Virus record (IMG/VR): IMGVR_UViG_3300027933_000039
Strand: one strand, 5' to 3'
Source: a virus
DNA: 31,808 bases
Under the pieces are notes generated by a model, which was given only the letters and a program-made list of their open reading frames with translations, did not search any database and was not told the origin of the DNA. Of the stretch, positions 16,614 through 25,206 are shown piece after piece; position 1 is the first letter of the stretch, and every line of letters begins with the position of its first letter. The translations under genes were made by a program, and so were the position numbers.

Positions 16614-16780
16614 CAGTCCTCACCTAAGTCCCTTCTCACCAAGTCCCGTATGTACTCTGCGTACGTCCGGCATCCCTTCTCCTTCATACTTTTATCCACC
16701 CTTGTCCTCCATTCTGACGGTAGGGACACCGTCAGAACCCATAAATCCTTCGTTTTTTCTAAACTTTTTTCTTCATACAT
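16613..16780 (-). CDS. Ribbon-helix-helix (CopG-like) regulator, 55 aa, absent from the supplied ORF track
   Basis: Hand translation MYEEKSLEKTKDLWVLTVSLPSEWRTRVDKSMKEKGCRTYAEYIRDLVRRDLGED; its TGA overlaps the queD ATG (TGATG); TATA box about 25 nt upstream. Confidence 0.8.
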   Translation of the reverse strand: MYEEKSLEKTKDLWVLTVSLPSEWRTRVDKSMKEKGCRTYAEYIRDLVRRDLGED

Positions 16781-16801
16781 TGAGTAAAAAGGACGACGCT
16801 A

Positions 16802-16813
16802 ATATAAAAAGTC
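16802..16813 (-). promoter_or_regulatory. TATA box (GACTTTTTATAT) of the RHH-queD-queE-folE-dpdA-polB-rfc operon
   Basis: Located 22-33 nt upstream of ATG 16780 in the only intergenic gap. Confidence 0.65.
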
Positions 16814-16844
16814 TGTGTTTTCTACCCAAAAACAATGGAATAAA

Positions 16845-17774
16845 TCAGTCATACCACCAATTGTGGTATTCACAAACGTTACAGCCTATTCCCCTCTGTT
16901 TCAACACGGAACAGGAGACGGGGAATAGCTTCTTCTGCTTCACCTTTTCATACAACTTGATGACGTGGTACTTACTTATGTTGTAGTCGAAATTCTCCCA
17001 TCCCATCTTCCTCAAAATGTTAACAACACTCTCAACATCGTAACCAAGGTAGATTAGCTCAAGGGCAAACTGCGTCCTTATAAAGTGATCAGGTTTCTTA
17101 GTGTACGCCTGTCTAAAAACACAAGGTCGTACAATCTCACTAACCGTACTTAACTCCACATCGTCAATCTTGTAACTAGTAACCTCAAAGGACACATCCT
17201 TAACCTTCCTACTGTAATCTACATAAACGGTTATGTCGTACTCCTTGCCGTGGTGGACGATGAGAGGATTTGGATGTTCACTGTCCTTAAGTATAGTGTT
17301 GAAATCGGCGTGGCAAGGTACGTAGGTGCAATACCTTCCGTTTAAGTGAATTGTGTTTGGTATACGTATCAGTCCATTACCCGTAGCCAACCTTATGCTG
17401 GTGTTGTAGTCCCAACTTTTTAACTGTAATTCATCTCTTATGTAGTTTATAAATCCCATAAAATACAGTTTTGTCATTTCATTCAATGGGATCGGCTTTA
17501 TCTTCAGATAGAAGTGAAAACCCTTCCTTCCACTAAAAACGTGTACGTGTTGAAAATTACTAAAGTACTCACAAAGGGTGTTGTTGTCCTCATAACTAGT
17601 AACACCATCCAGGTCAAAAATGAAGTAGTTGATTTGGCTAGAGAATTTGTATGGGTTATAAAAAAGATTTGCAATACCATTATACCTATTTATTACGTAT
17701 TGTATATCATCCACAACTTTTCTAAAAAACTTACCTCCGTTTTCAATGCCGACCTCAAACTTCAATCTCCTCAC
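16845..17774 (-). CDS. Archaeo-eukaryotic primase, fused PriS plus PriL-CTD-like
   Basis: FDLD (motif I), FSGRKGFH (motif II), IRIPNT (motif III); C-terminal RPCV...HFIR...SC...C..C resembling the PriL Fe-S domain. Confidence 0.85.
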   Translation of the reverse strand: MRRLKFEVGIENGGKFFRKVVDDIQYVINRYNGIANLFYNPYKFSSQINYFIFDLDGVTSYEDNNTLCEYFSNFQHVHVFSGRKGFHFYLKIKPIPLNEMTKLYFMGFINYIRDELQLKSWDYNTSIRLATGNGLIRIPNTIHLNGRYCTYVPCHADFNTILKDSEHPNPLIVHHGKEYDITVYVDYSRKVKDVSFEVTSYKIDDVELSTVSEIVRPCVFRQAYTKKPDHFIRTQFALELIYLGYDVESVVNILRKMGWENFDYNISKYHVIKLYEKVKQKKLFPVSCSVLKQRGIGCNVCEYHNWWYD

Positions 17775-18484
17775 TTTACTCTCTGGTTAAGTAGGTAGGC
17801 TATTACTGAGTACTTGTCTGGTTTCCCTATCATTAATTGGTATGCCTTACCCTTCATCAACACTAGGCTAATCTTGCCACTTAACACGCTAGTTATCTTG
17901 TTGATTAGGTTAGCGTCAAAATAGACGTCGAAGTCCTCAGTAGCCTTTTCACCGTAGAATATACGTGATGACTCCCCCTCGAGATACTTAAACTTTATCA
18001 TCAATCCCTTTTCGTTGCTTACAAACTGCACTGTATTCTCATCCGTCTTTATACTAGCAAGTGCGTCAGCGTCCACTGTATAGTTTGCTATAATTGTCCT
18101 TTCGAAAACCGGTAACTGTCCAAACTCAAAAGACTTGGGTTTCATAATGTTGTCAATGACGGCATCCTCCCTCATCTTCACTACGTAGCTGGTGTCACTA
18201 TTGGAGATTATAATATCTGTATCCGTCACAGTAAACTCAGCAATTGGGTTATACTTAAACAGGTTTCTTATTACCTTCATTGTACTATCAGCTGAGATTA
18301 CTACCTTCTTATCCAACGGCAGGTACTCCCTGCTGTACTTTGCGTGTATTCCTACCATCCTACCCTTATCCATCAAATCCACGTTTACTGTCTTCTCGTC
18401 GGGTGTTAGCTTTACAACATCTATGTAACCATCTAAACTTACTTGCTTTATTACGTCATATAACCTATTCAAATCGAACTGCAT
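17771..18484 (-). CDS. pcn: DNA sliding clamp (PCNA-like)
   Basis: 237 aa two-domain alpha/beta pattern; DLMDKGRMVGI (cf. MDxSxVxLV), VYFDANLI, C-terminal IAYLL; replisome context. Confidence 0.8.
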   Translation of the reverse strand: MQFDLNRLYDVIKQVSLDGYIDVVKLTPDEKTVNVDLMDKGRMVGIHAKYSREYLPLDKKVVISADSTMKVIRNLFKYNPIAEFTVTDTDIIISNSDTSYVVKMREDAVIDNIMKPKSFEFGQLPVFERTIIANYTVDADALASIKTDENTVQFVSNEKGLMIKFKYLEGESSRIFYGEKATEDFDVYFDANLINKITSVLSGKISLVLMKGKAYQLMIGKPDKYSVIAYLLNQRVK

Positions 18485-18486
18485 TT

Positions 18487-19401
18487 TTACTCACCCATTA
18501 AGGAAGTTATGCCCTTGCCAGTAATGTCATATTCTCCTGGTTTTAGTTTTTCCGGATTCTTGGTAGTCACAACTCTAGCCTTATAACCGTCCTTATAGTA
18601 TGCGTGAATGACGTAGTCACTCTCAAACATTATTATATCAACCCACTTTGGTACCTTCCTCTGTTGTGTCACCTCGCCGTCGTTAATTATCTGTTCCATT
18701 GTAGTGTACATAGTGTAGATTACCCCCTTTCTTGCGACATTTAACGCAAGGTTGTGTACATGCCTCAGTAGGAATCTCCTCTCCTTCCACAGGTTTAGGT
18801 TGGCTATTCCCTGGAAGGCTGTCAGCCCATGGTTTGCCCTCATCACAAATTCGCTAATCTGTTCAAGTATCTCCACGCCGTCAATCAACACCCAGTCCAC
18901 ACCATTCTCCCCAAACTTGTGGAATATCTCCTCAATAACGTCAAATACCTTCTTTGATGTAACCACTACAGATCTATCGTCCGTCTGCACCCAGAACTTG
19001 ACTGGATCATAGACGTGTATATCTTTCCTATTCTTGTACAAATTCCACCTTATTGGAGAGGTCTTCCTGTCGAAGGATAACGCCAATATCTCTCCTGGGA
19101 ATGATAAAGCCAATGTAGTCTTACCCTCACCCTTGTCACCATATATAACGAATACCTCCTTACCAGTCGTTAGCTCCTCCTCTATCTCGATCTCTCCACC
19201 CTTTTCTTCGGTTTTTGTAGTCGTGTTGTTTACATTAACCATGGGCTTTTCCTCCTCCTTTGTCGTTGTCCTCTCCTCACTAACCAATTCATCCAGTTGT
19301 ACCTCGGCTTTCCTCTCCGTTTGTTTTGTTGTCTCCTTCTTCTCCTCCTTCACTTCTTCCTTCTTTTCCTCTCCAACCAATTCATCGAATATATCCGACA
19401 T
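18487..19401 (-). CDS. P-loop ATPase, Sak4/AAA_24-like annealing protein, with an acidic disordered N-terminus
   Basis: IYGDKGEGKTTLA (Walker A), VLIDG (Walker B); adjacent to an SSB. Confidence 0.65.
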   Translation of the reverse strand: MSDIFDELVGEEKKEEVKEEKKETTKQTERKAEVQLDELVSEERTTTKEEEKPMVNVNNTTTKTEEKGGEIEIEEELTTGKEVFVIYGDKGEGKTTLALSFPGEILALSFDRKTSPIRWNLYKNRKDIHVYDPVKFWVQTDDRSVVVTSKKVFDVIEEIFHKFGENGVDWVLIDGVEILEQISEFVMRANHGLTAFQGIANLNLWKERRFLLRHVHNLALNVARKGVIYTMYTTMEQIINDGEVTQQRKVPKWVDIIMFESDYVIHAYYKDGYKARVVTTKNPEKLKPGEYDITGKGITSLMGE

Positions 19402-19412
19402 GTGTTGTCACC

Positions 19413-20219
19413 TCAAACTAAGGGTATTGGAGTAATAGGGATTATGCCTTGAACCATAAACTGCGTCACCCCATTCTTGTCCATCTGCAAAGTCCCATAC
19501 ATGTAAAGTTCGCTACCCTCGTCGTACTTGTATAAAGGTGGAGGAATCCAGCAAGTCAACGTACTGTCGGGATTGTTAGGATCGCTTAGCTCGTAAACCC
19601 CAAACACCACGTTACCCTTATCGTCCTTCTTGTAGTTCGCCCTCGTTACGATACCCTGTGTTGCCCTTAGGTCAAACTCGTCGTAATACTGCCCGTTCAT
19701 CCTACTCAACATGTTATATGCGTTATTTATCTCAAATTCAGCGAAGTTTGTGGTATCTTTCTTCAATATAGCCAATACCTTTTGTGGGTCGACAGGTTTT
19801 CCGTTCACGAAGTTCGTATTTGCGGTCGCGAGCAACGCACCCTTACCTGTCTCAACAACGTTGACAGTGTAGAGGTGGAATAGTTGTGCGTTCTGGTAGA
19901 GAACGCTCATGTCATCGAAGAGGGTTATAACTCCCTTCCTATCACCCTCCTCCGTACTGTATATGACGTAAACCCTGGCAATTTTTCTCTTTGCCTTCTG
20001 TATCGGCTCCCTAAGCCCGTAGACAATCACCTTCAAGTCCTTACCAACCGGCTTCGCCAGCATCTTTGCCCTGTAGTAGATGAACGCCTGTGTCAGCCTC
20101 TTCTTCTCGTCTGGTATTGCGGCAAACTTAGTGTCCGCCAACTCCTTCACCCTCCTTTTAACCTCATCTACGCTCATGTGTAGTCTTTCCGCCAGTGTTG
20201 CTATATCCCTTTCACTCAT
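19413..20219 (-). CDS. OB-fold single-stranded DNA-binding protein (RPA-like)
   Basis: Helical N-terminus followed by two beta-barrel-like regions (GVITLFD, LTCW, LYMYGTL); lies between replication genes. Confidence 0.65.
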   Translation of the reverse strand: MSERDIATLAERLHMSVDEVKRRVKELADTKFAAIPDEKKRLTQAFIYYRAKMLAKPVGKDLKVIVYGLREPIQKAKRKIARVYVIYSTEEGDRKGVITLFDDMSVLYQNAQLFHLYTVNVVETGKGALLATANTNFVNGKPVDPQKVLAILKKDTTNFAEFEINNAYNMLSRMNGQYYDEFDLRATQGIVTRANYKKDDKGNVVFGVYELSDPNNPDSTLTCWIPPPLYKYDEGSELYMYGTLQMDKNGVTQFMVQGIIPITPIPLV

Positions 20220-20421
20220 CTTCCACCACCTTCAACAATTCCCCATCTTCGTACAACCAGCCACCGTTTCTTTTGGCATATTCCATTGCTAACATCCTTG
20301 CGTATGTGGGGCTTACATCAAGCAACAGGGAAATCTCTAAAACCTTCAACCTTCTCAACCTCCGTTGCCTGATGTGTTCTTCCAAGCTGGACAGGAGTTT
20401 TTCTCTGTTGTACTTTTGCAT
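20212..20421 (-). CDS. Small HTH/wHTH protein (69 aa)
   Basis: LEISLLLDVSPTYARML HTH pattern followed by a beta-wing; first gene after a TATA box. Confidence 0.6.
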   Translation of the reverse strand: MQKYNREKLLSSLEEHIRQRRLRRLKVLEISLLLDVSPTYARMLAMEYAKRNGGWLYEDGELLKVVEDE

Positions 20422-20453
20422 GTGTGTGTTAGTGTAACACAGGTTTAAAAGTT
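20422..20453 (-). promoter_or_regulatory. Promoter of the HTH-SSB-ATPase-PCNA-primase operon, with a GTGTWACAC palindrome
   Basis: The minus strand reads AACTTTTAAACC-T-GTGTTACAC-TAACACACAC-ATG. Confidence 0.65.
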
Positions 20454-20499
20454 TAACTTTATAAAGGTTAGAAAATCCTCGTGGTCTATTCTAGAAAAA

Positions 20500-21345
20500 T
20501 TATTTCGTTTGGCTGACGTTTTTCGTAGTGTTTGTGGTTACTGGATTGGAGGACAGCTTATTTAACTCCTTGAGGAATTCGTTCACGTTCACGTTTACCT
20601 TCACCCCGTATTTCTTAGCTGACAACATAACACTGCCCCACATCTGTAACGTTAATTCCCTTGCGTTCTTGTACCACTCGAGTAGCTTGTCACTCACCTT
20701 CCCATCTATAAAAACGTCATTAACTATCACTACCCTTGGGTCGATGTCGTAAAAGTACTTAACAACGTGTGGCTTATGCCTCTTGATAAACTCTATCTCA
20801 ATGGGAAGGATGAACTCGCTGGAGAATGGCTTTGGATGGTAGACAAGTAGTCCATCATCGTGGCAGTAATTATCTCCACCACTCTCCAAATACCTCCACA
20901 ACAAGTCCGTGTCACTTCTCCACCCATATCCTGCGTTACCAAACTTAGGATTGCCCCAATCCTCCTCAAACCCGCCAAGCCTTCTAAAAACCTCGGTTTT
21001 AACCGTTAGGTTGGTACCAATTGCATGATATGCCTGTCCAAAAAACCTACCGTTGCTGTACACGTAACCCGTAATAATGTCACATCCCTTCCTAATATTC
21101 CTCAACAGGTTTTGATACCAATTTGTACTTGGGTATGCGTCATCGTCGATGAAGGAGATGTAAGGGGTTGTAACACCCTCAGCCACAAGATTCCTAACGA
21201 CATATTCGTTGACGGTTGGGTCGTAATACGGTATTACCTCTGCCTCTGTGTACTGGCGGATGTATGGCATAGTCTTAAATATTGACTCCCTCAACAAAGT
21301 TGGTATGACAATAGTCGTGTACTTGCCTCGTGTATTCTCCCTCAA
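20500..21345 (-). CDS. GT2 (GT-A fold) glycosyltransferase
   Basis: IVIPT, YISFIDDDAY (DxD), GTNL, GGFEE, SDTDL. Confidence 0.9.
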   Translation of the reverse strand: MRENTRGKYTTIVIPTLLRESIFKTMPYIRQYTEAEVIPYYDPTVNEYVVRNLVAEGVTTPYISFIDDDAYPSTNWYQNLLRNIRKGCDIITGYVYSNGRFFGQAYHAIGTNLTVKTEVFRRLGGFEEDWGNPKFGNAGYGWRSDTDLLWRYLESGGDNYCHDDGLLVYHPKPFSSEFILPIEIEFIKRHKPHVVKYFYDIDPRVVIVNDVFIDGKVSDKLLEWYKNARELTLQMWGSVMLSAKKYGVKVNVNVNEFLKELNKLSSNPVTTNTTKNVSQTK

Positions 21346-22292
21346 GCCTTCACACCTCGTGTTTCCGTTAAACCTAACCCCTTCAACATGTCACTAACCA
21401 CACGTCTAACGTCTTCCGCCCACCTATTCACTGAGAAGAACTCCCTTGCCCTCTTCCTTAACAAAGCCCTGCTTATCTTAGTGACTTCATTCACCCCATT
21501 CACGAAGCAGTCTATATCGTCGTGTCTACAGTAAACTCCCCCATCCATCAACACACCAGTCCTGACCTCCTTACCGAAGGACAACAACTCGGATGTACCT
21601 TCACCACTAGTAACAACTGGACAACCCGACAGCATTGCCTCCATTGCCACAATCCCCAGGCTTTCAATACTGGACAGTGACCTCCAATCACTAGGCATTA
21701 CTAATGCGGACGCATGCGACAACAACTCATACTTTTCCTCATCATCTATGTTAATCCTGTATTCAACACCATTCATGTATCTCCTCATTAAATGCCTGGC
21801 GTAGTAACCATCAGAAAATTTACCAACATGCCCAGCCAAAATAATCCTTCTTCCTAGCTTTCTAGCCACCTCTATTGCCAAGTCAGGTCTCTTTATCTCA
21901 CTAAACCTACCTAGGAAGAGTAAGTAACCCTCATCACCTTCTGGCTTATCGATATAACTTACCCCAGGATAGCTCACAAAACCTGGTAACTTATACATGT
22001 TCGCAATTGCACGAGTTGTATACATGTTGTAACGTAGGCTAGCAGGATCGGGATGGAATGGTACACCAAGAACTAAACTACCTAAGTTTTGAAAATATTT
22101 TTGGTGAGAGAAGTCGAACATGGCGTCATAATTCGTGTTGATGTCATCGTAAGTCATCACATCATCCGTCCTTGGTACACCGAAGATGTCGGCGTTTAAT
22201 TCCTTACCTAAGTCGTAAGCCAACCTTTCAACACCCCCGTAACGAAGTGGGGGTGTCTTCTCCTCCTTAGTCGATATGACTGCAAATCTCAC
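21342..22292 (-). CDS. GT4 (GT-B fold) glycosyltransferase
   Basis: PPLRYGGVER, FLGRFSEIKRPD, ESLGIVAMEAMLSGCPVV. Confidence 0.92.
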   Translation of the reverse strand: MRFAVISTKEEKTPPLRYGGVERLAYDLGKELNADIFGVPRTDDVMTYDDINTNYDAMFDFSHQKYFQNLGSLVLGVPFHPDPASLRYNMYTTRAIANMYKLPGFVSYPGVSYIDKPEGDEGYLLFLGRFSEIKRPDLAIEVARKLGRRIILAGHVGKFSDGYYARHLMRRYMNGVEYRINIDDEEKYELLSHASALVMPSDWRSLSSIESLGIVAMEAMLSGCPVVTSGEGTSELLSFGKEVRTGVLMDGGVYCRHDDIDCFVNGVNEVTKISRALLRKRAREFFSVNRWAEDVRRVVSDMLKGLGLTETRGVKA

Positions 22293-23256
22293 GGTTGTTC
22301 ACCATCGCATGGCTGTAGTCCATTACCATTATGTTTAAACCCTCAGTTAATGGTAGAAACTCCTTACTCTGCCAGAATTTCTTCAACCTAGTGTTATCCA
22401 GTAGTAGGCTGTTGGGATCTACAGGACGGGGTTTCACACCCCACACAACCTCCCCATCCCACTCTGTATACCTTTTGGCTAACTTAACTATCTCATCCAA
22501 CGTCTCAGCGTTGTCCTTTGCGACATTTATTACGTTACCAACATCGTTCACCCTCTCCAAATGATCCAATGCGTACTCGTACATTGAAACGTGATCAGTA
22601 TAATGTATCCACTGCCTTTGGGATTGCGGATAACCATGATAGCTTATCTTCTTAAAACCACACAACATTGACAACACTGTCTTCTCCACAAAGTAACCCC
22701 TAGCCTCTTCCGGTAACTTAAACACATCCCTGTGGTAGGTGTTTGTCATTCTAAAGATCAAGTAGTTTTTGCGTCGTGTGGAGTAGTGATGGTGTATAAG
22801 CATCTCCTGACCAATCTTGCTTATTGCGTAAGGTGAGGATACATCCGTGATATTTACATCCTCCTCCTTAAACTTCTTCGAGAAGTCCGCCACGGAAAGA
22901 TATGGGTAAACCTCGGCTGTGCTTGCGTGAATTAGGAAGGTGTCCTCGTGTTTGTCAAGGTATTGTAATACATTCTGTACCAACAAAAGATTGTTTACCA
23001 AGTACTGTTGTGAATTGTCGTAACTATACCTCACTGGGGTGATACTTGAGAGGTTTATAAGCACATCCAACTCAACGTTCTTTGGTATAGGGTTACTCGT
23101 CAGATCTACCTCAACGTAATCCACACCTTCAACCCTATTCCTTGAGAAACCGTCATTCCTTACAAAACCAACTACTTTATAACCCTTCTTCACGAGCCTT
23201 GAGGACAACTTTGAGCCTATAAAACCCGTTACACCTGTTATTCCTACTTTCATCAA
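22267..23256 (-). CDS. NAD-dependent NDP-sugar epimerase/dehydratase (extended SDR)
   Basis: ITGVTGFIG, ASTAEVY, SPYAISK (YxxxK), RQWIH. Confidence 0.92.
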   Translation of the reverse strand: MMKVGITGVTGFIGSKLSSRLVKKGYKVVGFVRNDGFSRNRVEGVDYVEVDLTSNPIPKNVELDVLINLSSITPVRYSYDNSQQYLVNNLLLVQNVLQYLDKHEDTFLIHASTAEVYPYLSVADFSKKFKEEDVNITDVSSPYAISKIGQEMLIHHHYSTRRKNYLIFRMTNTYHRDVFKLPEEARGYFVEKTVLSMLCGFKKISYHGYPQSQRQWIHYTDHVSMYEYALDHLERVNDVGNVINVAKDNAETLDEIVKLAKRYTEWDGEVVWGVKPRPVDPNSLLLDNTRLKKFWQSKEFLPLTEGLNIMVMDYSHAMVNNREICSHID

Positions 23257-23330
23257 CAGATGTTACAGAAGATTGAATAATAAGCCTTGTTTGAGTTGGT
23301 ATTCTCGTGGTAGAAAAATACGTGTACGCC

Positions 23331-23624
23331 TCAATCGTACAGAATACGTAACAACACTAGTTTTGTGGGTAGTTTACCGTGGTATTTCCTCCTTAGGTGA
23401 GACAACCACTCATCGACATTCTTGAAAGTACTATACTGTACATAATCCCCAAGAATTTTCCGTACGTCACCGTTCCTCAAGTTTACAACCTCCACGACCC
23501 TGGCCCTCACTCTTTCGTTCAACCTCACAATTCTACCAGGAGGAAGAGTCTGATTTCTAACAACGGCGTAGAAATCAGGTGTGGAGAGTAAATAAAGGAA
23601 AAACCTTTTGCCTTCTACCTTCAA
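23331..23624 (-). CDS. ASCH/PUA-like domain protein (97 aa)
   Basis: Beta-rich core (PPGRIVRL...RARVVEV) and C-terminal YSTFKNVDEWLSHLRRKY resembling the ASCH GFxsxeEw...Y element. Confidence 0.5.
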   Translation of the reverse strand: MKVEGKRFFLYLLSTPDFYAVVRNQTLPPGRIVRLNERVRARVVEVVNLRNGDVRKILGDYVQYSTFKNVDEWLSHLRRKYHGKLPTKLVLLRILYD

Positions 23625-23633
23625 TAGATAATA

Positions 23634-25007
23634 TTACATCACTGGATCTTTCAATCCATTTATCTCGAACGCCTTCTTTCTCATAAAACACGGACCACAC
23701 TTACCACAGTGTTTCTTCCTCCCCTCATAACAACTCCACGTGATCTCGAAGGGTACTTTCAGTTCGTAACCTAGCCTGACAATCTCATGTTTCATTAGAT
23801 TGCCAACCGGCATTAACAACCTTATTCTCCTTCTTGGTTCCGTTGCCAACGGTAAAACCCTGTCCAACAAGATGTTAAACTCCATCTCATTATCAGGATA
23901 GGCACCTGACTCCTCCAGGTTTATCCCAGTACCAACGGCGTCAAACCCGTTAGCCTCAGCCAACGCCACTGCGACACTAACGAAGACTAGATTTCTAGCT
24001 GGTACCCATTCGTATGCGTACTCTGCCCCAACAATTCCTCCCCTATCCTTCGCTATTGGTATTTTACTACCCTTAAGCAAGTTAGTCCCTCCAATAACCT
24101 TAAACATGGAGGAGGTATCCATTGTAATCAACTCAAGGTTGTAATACTCCGAGATCTTCTTTACAGCTGTGAGCTCAGGTCCCTCAGCCTTGTGATGATA
24201 ATTAAAGTGTAGTAACGTAACCTTATGCCCCCCATTCAGTAGTTTTGCCGTAGCCACAGTACTATCAAGCCCTCCACTAGCTATCATTAACACCTTCATC
24301 TGTTCAGCCGTCTTCAACAGGTTATACTTTGTAAAGCTATCTTGTGAGAAACAATACATCGTATAAGGTTCGACATACGTTGTGTTCACCTTACTGTAAA
24401 CCTCACGGGGATAGTACCTCTCCAAGGACGTGATGACTAAGTAATTATTCTCAAAGTCGTTATGTATGTAGGCGGGCTTATAGTCAACACTAACGCATAA
24501 CTCTCCCCTCCTCACATTTGTGAAGACCATGGCGTGTGATCCCCTAAACTCCTCCGAGAGGAATCTGCTCACACCCTCATAAGACCCAATCCTTGAGAAT
24601 ATACGTGGTAAGACTGCACTGTCGATGTTTGTATCCAGTATTAAACCGTACTTCTGTATCAACTCCTTATCGTTAGCAACCACACCGTTGTGTGAAACAA
24701 TCCAGTCGTTATATTGGAAGGGTTGGATATCCTTTGGGCTTTTGTTAGGTACGTACTCCGTCGTTGGCTCAGCCCTATTATTCCCTATAATCATCTTGGG
24801 CTTCATCCTAATCAGGAAGTCCTTGACAATGTCGTAGTCAGGTGTACCAGTACCCTTCAACACCTCAACCTCACCATTCTCCCTTATGGCGTAAATTCCC
24901 CAGCTATCCCTTCCTCTGTCTGAACTATCTACAAAGGATTTGGAGATCTTACTTGCCTTCTTGTCATCCAACTCCTCACGGATGTAGACACCGAATATGC
25001 TACACAT
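23634..25007 (-). CDS. queC: Gat-QueC fusion: Ntn glutamine amidotransferase plus preQ0 synthase (archaeosine-base forming)
   Basis: N-terminal MCSIFG, RGRDSWG, QPF, HNG; QueC SGGLDST, VPARN, YPDN, TWSCY, CGKCGPC. Confidence 0.95.
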   Translation of the reverse strand: MCSIFGVYIREELDDKKASKISKSFVDSSDRGRDSWGIYAIRENGEVEVLKGTGTPDYDIVKDFLIRMKPKMIIGNNRAEPTTEYVPNKSPKDIQPFQYNDWIVSHNGVVANDKELIQKYGLILDTNIDSAVLPRIFSRIGSYEGVSRFLSEEFRGSHAMVFTNVRRGELCVSVDYKPAYIHNDFENNYLVITSLERYYPREVYSKVNTTYVEPYTMYCFSQDSFTKYNLLKTAEQMKVLMIASGGLDSTVATAKLLNGGHKVTLLHFNYHHKAEGPELTAVKKISEYYNLELITMDTSSMFKVIGGTNLLKGSKIPIAKDRGGIVGAEYAYEWVPARNLVFVSVAVALAEANGFDAVGTGINLEESGAYPDNEMEFNILLDRVLPLATEPRRRIRLLMPVGNLMKHEIVRLGYELKVPFEITWSCYEGRKKHCGKCGPCFMRKKAFEINGLKDPVM

Positions 25008-25040
25008 ACGTGTGTGTTACACGTACTAACTTAAAAAGTT
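25007..25040 (-). promoter_or_regulatory. gat-queC promoter with palindromic elements
   Basis: The minus strand reads AACTTTTTAAGTT...GTGTAACAC/TAACACACAC-GT-ATG; inverted repeat TACGTGT-N5-ACACGTA at 25007-25025. Confidence 0.6.
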
Positions 25041-25206
25041 TCAGTTTTTGAAGATTCAGGAATTGGTGTAATTAACCTGAATTTAGCCTCCTCCTTTCCA
25101 TCCACAATCTAGTCTTACCCATGAGTTTTTAACTTTCTGGTATTGATTACAGTACCGACATTTTGAATCCCCAAAAAGTTAAGTACTTGTCGTATGAGTA
25201 AACTTC

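Noticed and set aside
25041-25206. tRNA or structured ncRNA in the larger intergenic gaps (also 2813-3033 and 31623-31776)
   Set aside because: No cloverleaf or T-loop consensus seen; only short inverted repeats.
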